Positions 56,616 through 64,000 of a stretch of 64,000 nucleotides of DNA are shown one piece after another. The stretch comes from an uncultured Candidatus Actinomarina sp. (lineage in GTDB: Bacteria; Actinomycetota; Acidimicrobiia; Actinomarinales; Actinomarinaceae), in NCBI GenBank assembly GCA_902565645.1, contig CACFFJ010000001.1:102193-166192 (forward strand). The letters are read 5' to 3'. Every line of letters starts with the position of its first letter. Position 1 is the stretch's first letter. Made by a program: the position numbers and the translations under genes. The notes beneath the pieces are model-generated. The model made no database searches. It was given only the letters and a program-made list of their open reading frames with translations, and was not told where the DNA came from.

Positions 56616-58019
56616 ATGAAACCAAGAACATTATTTGAGAAAATATGGGATAAACACTTAATTGCATCAATAGATGCAGAAACCAACCTGTTGTTTATTG
56701 ACATGCATCTTGTTCATGAAGTTACTTCTCCACAAGCTTTTGATAGCTTGAGAATTAGCAATAGAAAAGTGAAATTTCCTGAATTAACTTTAGCTACGGT
56801 TGACCATGGTGTGCCTACTTCCAATAGAGCCTTGGGGATTAAAGACCCTTTATCAAAAAAACAAATTGATGCCTTGGAGGATAACTGTAAAGAGTTTGGA
56901 GTAACAATTTATGGGGTTAATGATCCAAGACAGGGAATAGTTCATGTAATTGGACCTGAGCAAGGTATTACTCAACCCGGAATGACAATTGTATGTGGGG
57001 ATAGTCATACTGCAACTCATGGAGCTTTTGGAGCATTAGCTTTTGGAATTGGAACTTCCGAAGTTGAACATGTACTTGCAACCCAGACTTTAGCAATGAA
57101 TAAACCGAAAACAATGAAGGTAGAAGTTGTTGGAGAATTGAATGAAACAATAACTCCAAAAGATGTGATATTAGGAATTATTAGAAAAATAGGAACTGGT
57201 GGTGGGGCTGGCCATGTTATTGAATACTCTGGTGACGCAATTAAAAAAATGAGTATGGAAAACAGAATGACTATTTGCAATATGTCTATAGAGGGTGGTG
57301 CTAGAGCTGGAATGATTGCTCCTGATGAAATTACATACGAATATCTAAAAAATAAAAATTTTGCCCCAAAAAATGACGACTGGGACAAAGCTATCAATGA
57401 GTGGAAAGAACTTTACTCTGATGATGATGCTGAGTTTGATAAAACTATAAAAATTAATGTAAATGATTTAAAACCTTCTATCTCGTGGGGAACGAATCCA
57501 TCTCAAGTAATTTTTATAGATGAGGTAATACCAAGTCCAAATAGTTTTCAAAATGAAGCAGATAAAGAAGCAGCTGAAAGAGCTTTGGAGTATATGGATT
57601 TAAAGCCGGGACAAAAATTTGATGATATCTCCCTGGATAGAGTTTTTATTGGTAGTTGTACAAATGGAAGGTTAGAAGACCTGAGAGCTGCAGCAAAGGT
57701 GATTGAAGGAAAAAAAGTCCATGAAAATATAAATGCAATGGTTGTACCAGGGTCAACTCTTGTAAAAAAACAGGCTGAGGAAGAAGGTCTAGACGAGATT
57801 TTCATAAATGCTGGTTTTGATTGGAGAGAAGCTGGTTGTTCAATGTGCTTAGGAATGAATCCTGATATATTACAGCCTGGGGAAAGGTGTGCTTCTACTT
57901 CAAACAGAAACTATGAAGGAAGGCAAGGGGTTGGAGGAAGAACTCACTTGGTAAGTCCTCAGATGGCAGCGGCTGCAGCAATTAATGGTTATTTTGTAGA
58001 TATTAGGGAAAGGAAGTAA
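56616..58019 (+). CDS. leuC: 3-isopropylmalate dehydratase large subunit
   Basis: 467 aa with VCGDSHT, GSCTNGR and a CSMCLGMN Fe-S ligand region. Confidence 0.95.
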   Translation: MKPRTLFEKIWDKHLIASIDAETNLLFIDMHLVHEVTSPQAFDSLRISNRKVKFPELTLATVDHGVPTSNRALGIKDPLSKKQIDALEDNCKEFGVTIYGVNDPRQGIVHVIGPEQGITQPGMTIVCGDSHTATHGAFGALAFGIGTSEVEHVLATQTLAMNKPKTMKVEVVGELNETITPKDVILGIIRKIGTGGGAGHVIEYSGDAIKKMSMENRMTICNMSIEGGARAGMIAPDEITYEYLKNKNFAPKNDDWDKAINEWKELYSDDDAEFDKTIKINVNDLKPSISWGTNPSQVIFIDEVIPSPNSFQNEADKEAAERALEYMDLKPGQKFDDISLDRVFIGSCTNGRLEDLRAAAKVIEGKKVHENINAMVVPGSTLVKKQAEEEGLDEIFINAGFDWREAGCSMCLGMNPDILQPGERCASTSNRNYEGRQGVGGRTHLVSPQMAAAAAINGYFVDIRERK

Positions 58020-58024
58020 GTAGT

Positions 58025-58612
58025 ATGAAAAAGCTTAGTTATATAGAAAGCACCATGCTCCCGCTTCCAATGTCAAATATTGATACTGATCAAATAATGC
58101 CAAAAGAATTCTTAAAAAGAGTTGAAAGATCAGGGTATGGAGAATATTTATTTTACGATTGGAAAAAAGATGCTAATTTTCCATTGAATAATGAAATTTA
58201 CAAAGAATCAAAAGTGTTACTAACAGGAACAAATTTCGGAACTGGATCTTCAAGAGAACATGCTCCTTGGGGGCTCCAAGACTGGGGATTTGATGCAATA
58301 ATTTCATCTAAATTTGCAGATATTTTTAGATTGAATTCAATAAATATTGGGCTTCTCCCAATAGAAGCAAGTGAAGATATAATTGAAAAATTATTTCAAA
58401 AAGTTTCAGAAAATCCGAAAACAAAAATAGAAATATCTATAGAAAAAAAGTCTGTAGTTTGTGAGGAAATCGAATTCAATTTCTTTATAGATGATTTCTC
58501 TCAAAATAGAATCTTAAATGGTATTGATAAAATTGATATATCTTTAGAGTTTGAAGAAAAAATAGATGAATTTATGCAGAGCAGAAATAAGTGGGCACCT
58601 AAACTAATTTAG
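58025..58612 (+). CDS. leuD: 3-isopropylmalate dehydratase small subunit
   Basis: 195 aa with GTNFGTGSSREHAPW. Confidence 0.95.
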   Translation: MKKLSYIESTMLPLPMSNIDTDQIMPKEFLKRVERSGYGEYLFYDWKKDANFPLNNEIYKESKVLLTGTNFGTGSSREHAPWGLQDWGFDAIISSKFADIFRLNSINIGLLPIEASEDIIEKLFQKVSENPKTKIEISIEKKSVVCEEIEFNFFIDDFSQNRILNGIDKIDISLEFEEKIDEFMQSRNKWAPKLI

Positions 58613-59702
58613 AAACACTTAAACTTAAACTATCTCCAACTTCTTCTGAAAGCAATAATCCATTATGTATTTGTAATGAAGGACTAAGGTTCTTATCGTT
58701 TTTATAATTTTCAAACCAGTCTTCCTCTAATAGGAAATGTACATACTTTTGCAAAGCTGTTGAGAGTTCTATGGAAGAAGTTTTTGGTACTGCTCCTGGA
58801 AGATTTGGAATTGCAGAAATTAATACACCGTCCCTGTTCTCAAAAGGTTCCGAATGAGTGTTTGCCTTAACGTTCTCAACACACCCTCCTTGATCTATGG
58901 CTACATCTACAATCACTGTTCCTTTTTCCATTTTTGATATATCTTCATTGCTAATAACAATAGGTGGCTTCATCCCTGGAATTAGAACTGCGCAAATAAC
59001 TAAATCGGCACATCTAATTGCATCTGTAGATTCTGGTGTATCTCCTTTTATAGTGTTTATTGAATCTCCATAAACTTTTTTTAAATCTTCAAGTACTTTT
59101 TCATTTAAATCGATGGCTGTAACATTTGCTCCAATATTTATTGCTTTACTTATTGAGCTTTTTCCTACTTCACCGCAACCAATGACCGTAACATTCGAAT
59201 TCTTTTTCTCAGAAATAGAAGATACCAAAACACCCTTTCCGCCTGATGAATACTCAAGAAATTGCATTCCTTTCTGTATTGCTAAGTTTCCTGCAATTTT
59301 TGACATAGGAATTAATAAAGGATATATGCTGTTATCCATAATCATTTCAGTTGCTATTCCAGTTAGCTTTTTTTCCAATAGTTTTTTTGTTAAGCCTAGG
59401 TTCGAAGCAAGGTGTAAGTAGCCAAATAATACGTGGGAAGAATTAAGTAAATCAAATTCTTGTTCTTGAGGCTCTTTAACTTTACAAATTATATCTGAGT
59501 TCCCATATAGTTCTTCAGCACTATTTACTATCTTCGCTCCTGCTTCTGTATAATTACTATCTGAAAATCCTGATCCTATTCCGGCTCCTGATTCAACAAG
59601 AATATCGGCAACCCCTGTGAACTGTGTTATATGTTCAGGTATAAGGCTAACCCTTCCCTCATCTTTTTTAACTTCCTTTGGTATACCAATCTTTTTAATC
59701 AT
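58599..59702 (-). CDS. ald: alanine dehydrogenase
   Basis: 367 aa. It is collinear with M. tuberculosis Ald (IGIPKEVKKDEGRVSL, KVKEP, VIGCGEVG, VDVAIDQGGC, VPKTSS). Confidence 0.85.
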   Translation of the reverse strand: MIKKIGIPKEVKKDEGRVSLIPEHITQFTGVADILVESGAGIGSGFSDSNYTEAGAKIVNSAEELYGNSDIICKVKEPQEQEFDLLNSSHVLFGYLHLASNLGLTKKLLEKKLTGIATEMIMDNSIYPLLIPMSKIAGNLAIQKGMQFLEYSSGGKGVLVSSISEKKNSNVTVIGCGEVGKSSISKAINIGANVTAIDLNEKVLEDLKKVYGDSINTIKGDTPESTDAIRCADLVICAVLIPGMKPPIVISNEDISKMEKGTVIVDVAIDQGGCVENVKANTHSEPFENRDGVLISAIPNLPGAVPKTSSIELSTALQKYVHFLLEEDWFENYKNDKNLSPSLQIHNGLLLSEEVGDSLSLSVSKLV

Positions 59703-60804
59703 CTTTAGGTACTGTTTCTTTAAGATGTTTATCTAAATATTTCATAAATGGCGTTCCACCGGTTCCTACAATATTTGAATTCGACTGTTTCTTTAATGCT
59801 TGGTCAAAAATATAATCTTTTGCGTACTCCAAGTGTTTATTTCTAAATTTATGAACTTCACCAATAATTTCATTTACAAATGTTTCATGCTCTACTACTT
59901 TATTTTTTGGACCCTCTTCTAAAAATTTATCCAATCCCGCTAGTAAACCTCGATGTTCAGAAGGCATATAGATTCTCATCTCATCTAAATATTCTCTTAG
60001 TGGGTCATTGGAGTGAGTTATACCAAGTAAAGCATCTAAAGCTGGGACAATTGAACTTTGAGCCCCAGTCTCTCCTCTAAATAATTGAGGTTCATCTTTA
60101 TACTTCTCAACTCCTTTATAAATTACTCCTTTTGGGGTTGCTGGATTGTTTTTCCAGCCAAATATATAAGGTCTTACTCGATTGTAGTAAATATAAGGAT
60201 CACACTTTTCTGGCATTCTGTTCATAATTTCATTTATCTTTTTAATGCTAGTTAATGCATCTTCAAGGTTTTTATTCTCAAAATCTTCATCAAGATAATA
60301 TTTTTTCAAAGAACCCAAAACATTCTTTGCTTCATATTCAATAGCTACATGAATCATAATGAACCAATCTTCATCTACTCCTGATAAAAAATTCTGTAGA
60401 ATTCTAATATTGTCAAGACTTAGGGGTTTTGATTCATCAAGAAGAGCCCAGTTATTTAAAGCGTAGGATGCATAAGACAAAATAGGTGGTCTATCTAATT
60501 TCTCTGAAATTTCATACCATGTTACTGCAATATTCTCAGGTATTGTATCTTCTACCTCTTCCTTGCCCCACATATAGGCATGTCCGACATAAGAATAAAG
60601 CAGCATTGCTCTTTCAAGTTCAGAATTTGTAAGTTTAGACAAATCTTTTTCTTGAGTTATTTCATTTACTGCGTTTGTAATTTGATTATTAGCAAGTATT
60701 TTATGCAATGAAGATGCTATTTCTTCAATATCTTGAAAACCTTCAGGTAAAACTTTACATATCTCATCAGGAATGAATCCCTTTTCAAGTAGTTCTTTGT
60801 TCAC
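59695..60804 (-). CDS. indoleamine 2,3-dioxygenase (IDO) family haem dioxygenase
   Basis: 369 aa, collinear with human IDO1. Matches (ours vs IDO1): RPPILSYASYALNNW vs LPPILVYADCVLANW; GETGAQSS vs GGSAGQSS; EMRIYMPSEHRGLL vs DMRRYMPPAHRNFL; FRNKHLEYA vs LRSYHLQIV (proximal His); and GTGGT. The stop overlaps the ald start (GATGATTAA). Confidence 0.85.
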   Translation of the reverse strand: MNKELLEKGFIPDEICKVLPEGFQDIEEIASSLHKILANNQITNAVNEITQEKDLSKLTNSELERAMLLYSYVGHAYMWGKEEVEDTIPENIAVTWYEISEKLDRPPILSYASYALNNWALLDESKPLSLDNIRILQNFLSGVDEDWFIMIHVAIEYEAKNVLGSLKKYYLDEDFENKNLEDALTSIKKINEIMNRMPEKCDPYIYYNRVRPYIFGWKNNPATPKGVIYKGVEKYKDEPQLFRGETGAQSSIVPALDALLGITHSNDPLREYLDEMRIYMPSEHRGLLAGLDKFLEEGPKNKVVEHETFVNEIIGEVHKFRNKHLEYAKDYIFDQALKKQSNSNIVGTGGTPFMKYLDKHLKETVPKDD

Positions 60805-60866
60805 CTTTCCCCTTTATTCAGCCTTATGGATAATAGTAAACAAAGTTCAATACCAATGAGATAAAA

Positions 60867-61493
60867 TTATTTACTATTTAAGTAGTCTCTAAATTTTATT
60901 GGCTCGTCTGTAATAATCCCATCACAACCAATTTCAAGACATTCTTTAAGGTGATTAATTTTATTAACCGTCCAAACATGGAGTTGTAAATTATTTAATG
61001 TGCTAAATTCTCTTAATTTTTTTGAATATATTTTCAAACCTTTCCAGTAATAAGGAGCTTGGAGTGCTTGTATTTTAAAATTTCTCTTTTTATTTTTTAG
61101 GAACTTAGCGATAGCATTCTCCCTAAATGAGCCTGAGGTCAGTATTTTGCCTTGGCTGGCTTCAAGAAATTCATCTAGCCTTCTATAGCTAAATGATGAA
61201 ACTAAAACCCTTTCAATTGATTTAGTAGATTTTATTATTTTTACTACTTTTTCTGCCATACCTCCCTGTTTTAAATCAAGATTAAATTTTAAATCTTTGT
61301 ATGTGGTCAAAGCGTCCTCTAAAGACACAAAGGTTGTCTTAGAGGAGTGATCTCCATTTTTTTTATAAAATGTTGCTCCAGCATTTATCTTTTTTATGTC
61401 TTCCCAATCAAAATCGTGTACATTCCCTTTTATGTCTGTTGTCCTGTCAAAACTTCTGTCATGATGTAAAAAAATAACCCCGTCCTTCGACAT
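60867..61493 (-). CDS. glycerophosphodiester phosphodiesterase (track ORF lacks the catalytic N-terminus; homology continues to ~61612)
   Basis: The ORF begins at an internal Met (MSKDGVIFLHHDRSFDRTTD). In frame upstream lies KPLVIPHRGGRNIVPENTLHAIENTY..., the GDPD HRG catalytic motif, with no canonical start codon in that frame. See the finding at 61494..61637. Confidence 0.8.
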   Translation of the reverse strand: MSKDGVIFLHHDRSFDRTTDIKGNVHDFDWEDIKKINAGATFYKKNGDHSSKTTFVSLEDALTTYKDLKFNLDLKQGGMAEKVVKIIKSTKSIERVLVSSFSYRRLDEFLEASQGKILTSGSFRENAIAKFLKNKKRNFKIQALQAPYYWKGLKIYSKKLREFSTLNNLQLHVWTVNKINHLKECLEIGCDGIITDEPIKFRDYLNSK

Positions 61494-61629
61494 TCTTAAA
61501 TCTGTTTCGAAATGTGTAAATTTCTCTTTATATGTATTTTCAATTGCATGGAGTGTGTTTTCAGGAACTATGTTTCTACCTCCCCTGTGAGGTATTACTA
61601 AAGGTTTTTCCCCTTCAAAGTATGTTGCA

Positions 61630-62955
61630 CTAACCAGAAACTCCTCCGGTGAAATTAAATTCTTTTAAATGGAGCATTGGAACATTTAGAATCCCTTCCC
61701 CAAATTCTGAGTCAGCAAATCTTGATTCCGACCCCAGTGATATTACGTTCCCAGCTGCTAAAGAGGCGATGAAGCTTTGAGTAAATCTTAAGCGTCCAAC
61801 AGGTTTTGTTATCTTTCCATTTTCAATTAAAAATGAGCCATTTCTGTTGAGACCAGTTACAACTTGGGTAATTGGATCAAGAACCCTGCAGTACCAAAAT
61901 TCATTAATGTAAATTCCTCTCTCTACTGCTGATATCATATCTTCCTTTGTTGAACTTCCAGGGTTTAAATATATGTTTGTTCCAATTCCCCCAAAACTAT
62001 CCCCCCAGCCAAATAACTCATGAAAAGTATTGTCTTCGTTTAATTCTTTTGCTGTTCTTCTTGTGTGAAATAAAGATTTTGGAACCCCATCCTTAACTAT
62101 TTCTAAGGTTTTCTTTGGAGCTCCAGATGCATCTATCTTAAAACCTAATGATTTATCCCTATGTGGATCATCAATTAGGGTAAGTTTTTCATCAAACTGT
62201 TGTGAGTTCATCTGTATAGGAGATGTGCCTTCAATTTTGCTTCTTGCATTAAACCCATAGACCCCAAGAAAAACTAGAATCGTGCTTACAGCTTCTGGCC
62301 CAAGAACTACTTCATATTTCCCAGGATCAATATCTTTTGGGTTTTGAGAATCTTTAGCTAATTTAAAAGCTTCAATCCCTGCGGTCTCTGAGTCTATATC
62401 TTCTAGAGAAGTTCCTCCTCTATGAGATGATCCAGAAGATGTTTCTGTTCTGAAAATACCATCAATGAAAGCACTGGTTGTTGAGTCTGATGATTCAAGT
62501 CCATTAGTATTCCAAACAAAATAATGATCCACACTTGTAGAGCAATACCCGGCAGCGTTAAAATCTTTTCCAACTTCTATAAAGTCTTTAACTTTACCTG
62601 CTCTTTCTTCAGGGTTTTTAGGTTCAATTTCTTTATAACTATTAAAAGAAGAATCACTTTCTGGCATTCCAGCCCAACCAGTGTCGTTTGGACTGTTTTC
62701 AACTTCAGCCAAAGCTTTGTCTATTAAGCTCTTCGGGGAATCAATACTTGTTATATTTGAATTTAAAGTAATAGTCTTATCATCTTTATGAACAGTTAGA
62801 TAAATATCAGCAACTTCTTCTTCCACATTTTGATGAATATGTGAATTTGCAAAACGAGTTAAGGAATTGGTAGAAGATATCATTTTAATCTCACAATCAA
62901 TACTTTTTGGTATGTGTTTTTTTGCTTCTTCTAAAAATTGATTCCAATACTTCAA
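61630..62955 (-). CDS. pmbA: TldE/PmbA-family metalloprotease component
   Basis: 441 aa with PmbA_TldD family architecture. It is paired with tldD (4-nt overlap) and has a TTG start. Confidence 0.8.
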   Translation of the reverse strand: MKYWNQFLEEAKKHIPKSIDCEIKMISSTNSLTRFANSHIHQNVEEEVADIYLTVHKDDKTITLNSNITSIDSPKSLIDKALAEVENSPNDTGWAGMPESDSSFNSYKEIEPKNPEERAGKVKDFIEVGKDFNAAGYCSTSVDHYFVWNTNGLESSDSTTSAFIDGIFRTETSSGSSHRGGTSLEDIDSETAGIEAFKLAKDSQNPKDIDPGKYEVVLGPEAVSTILVFLGVYGFNARSKIEGTSPIQMNSQQFDEKLTLIDDPHRDKSLGFKIDASGAPKKTLEIVKDGVPKSLFHTRRTAKELNEDNTFHELFGWGDSFGGIGTNIYLNPGSSTKEDMISAVERGIYINEFWYCRVLDPITQVVTGLNRNGSFLIENGKITKPVGRLRFTQSFIASLAAGNVISLGSESRFADSEFGEGILNVPMLHLKEFNFTGGVSG

Positions 62956-64000
62956 CCCTTAACCCCAATCCTTACATTTTTAAATCTCGCAGGAGATGCA
63001 GGGTGGCCTGTATGCCCAACTTGTCCTGGCTGTCCTTTCCCACAATTTGGTGTTCCCCAAAATACCCATTCATCTTCACCCGCTAACATATCCATACTTG
63101 CCCAAAAATTTGGTGTGATTCCTGTGTACGTTGGATTCTTTACCATATCAGTAATTTTTCCATTTTTTACTAACCAACCCGCTTCACATCCAAATTGAAA
63201 ATTTAACCTTATGTCATCAATAGACCAGGATCTGTTTGTTTCCATATAGACTCCATCATCTGTGGCTTCTATAATTTCATCTAGAGAGGAATTTCCTGGA
63301 AGTAGGCCAACATTGGTCATTCTTACCATAGGTATCCTTCCGTATCCATCTGCTCTTACCATTCCGCCAGGGCTAACTCCTGCTATTGCGGCACTGTCCC
63401 TACCAGTTAAAACACCCTTCCATATGCCTTCCTCGACAATATTGACTCTTTGAGCTGGTGTCCCCTCATCATCATATTTAAAAGTTGCCAATGCCCCTGG
63501 AAGTGTTGCATCTGCAATAATATTCATTAACTTAGAACCATATTTATGCTTATTTAATTTATTTAAATCTAAATGTGATGCTCCGGCGTATGCAGCTTCC
63601 CAGCCAAGAATTCTGTCTAGCTCAATTGCATGTCCTACAGATTCATGGATTTGTAGAGCTAGTTGGCTTCCTTCTAAAATTAAGTCTCTAGTTCCCTCGG
63701 GGCACTGTGGAGCTGTTAATAATCTTTTTGATTCTTCTGCAAGTCTTTCGACTTCATTTTCAAATTTAAAACTTTCTATTACTTCCCATCCCCCTGTTCT
63801 GTATTCTCCAAATGATTGGGGGTAAGATCTAATCTGTGTTTCTCCATCTCCAATGGATAAAGAGGATATTCCACCTCCAGATTCAACTATATTTTGATAA
63901 ATCTTGTGTCCTTGACTTGAAAAAAACCACTTTTCTGTATCCCAGAAATCAAGCCTCCCAGAAGCATGTGAGCTTCCATTTTTTTTCATCTCTTCTGTTG
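62952..64000 (-). CDS. tldD: TldD-family metalloprotease (5' end beyond the right edge)
   Basis: HESVGHAIELD (HExxxH) motif. The frame is open from 63989 to the window end (…TEEMKKNG), so the listed Met is internal. Confidence 0.85.
   Translation of the reverse strand, partial: TEEMKKNGSSHASGRLDFWDTEKWFFSSQGHKIYQNIVESGGGISSLSIGDGETQIRSYPQSFGEYRTGGWEVIESFKFENEVERLAEESKRLLTAPQCPEGTRDLILEGSQLALQIHESVGHAIELDRILGWEAAYAGASHLDLNKLNKHKYGSKLMNIIADATLPGALATFKYDDEGTPAQRVNIVEEGIWKGVLTGRDSAAIAGVSPGGMVRADGYGRIPMVRMTNVGLLPGNSSLDEIIEATDDGVYMETNRSWSIDDIRLNFQFGCEAGWLVKNGKITDMVKNPTYTGITPNFWASMDMLAGEDEWVFWGTPNCGKGQPGQVGHTGHPASPARFKNVRIGVKG

Noticed and set aside
1-64000. A search for CRISPR arrays, IS elements or transposases, phage genes, toxin-antitoxin pairs, restriction-modification or other defence modules, and long direct or inverted repeats.
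   Set aside because: None was seen. Every ORF over 250 nt is either a recognisable housekeeping or transport gene, or an isolated small or unknown gene embedded in conserved operons.

Overview
This is an AT-rich, very gene-dense chromosomal-core window. Most intergenic gaps are under 130 bp, many neighbouring genes overlap at start/stop codons, and roughly 85% of genes lie on the minus strand.

Gene content and order match the conserved actinobacterial backbone. The blocks are disA-carD-ispF-cysS-rlmB; clpC-lysS-coaX-panC-folK-folB-folP-folE-ftsH-hpt-tilS; topA with tmk-holB; and nuoA-G next to rex. This is the same order as the Mycobacterium tuberculosis Rv3579c-Rv3625c region. By inference the source is a genome-streamlined, low-GC actinobacterium of the marine Actinomarina/acIV type. 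That taxon call is inference only.

Other content:
- a branched-chain amino-acid ABC system and a BMP-family (nucleoside-type) ABC system
- metK-[SAM riboswitch candidate]-metF-metE
- a membrane pyrophosphatase followed by a cation/proton antiporter
- leuCD
- an indoleamine-2,3-dioxygenase-like gene translationally coupled to alanine dehydrogenase
- a glycerophosphodiester phosphodiesterase (GDPD), pmbA/tldD, and one tRNA-Thr

I found no CRISPR array, IS element, integrase, prophage, toxin-antitoxin pair or recognisable multi-gene defence or novel system.

The observations most worth a second look:
1. Four conserved genes (ispF, tilS, topA, GDPD) are each broken exactly at a homopolymer run. 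This is probably a sequencing artefact, but transcriptional slippage is a testable alternative.
2. A near-identical Pro/Thr/Ala-rich tether module is shared by two non-homologous lipoprotein solute-binding proteins.
3. A catalytically degenerate dual-specificity-phosphatase-like gene is inserted in the folate operon.
4. The IDO-ald pair.
5. A perfect Rex operator in front of nuoA.
6. A SAM-I-clan riboswitch candidate in front of metF-metE.
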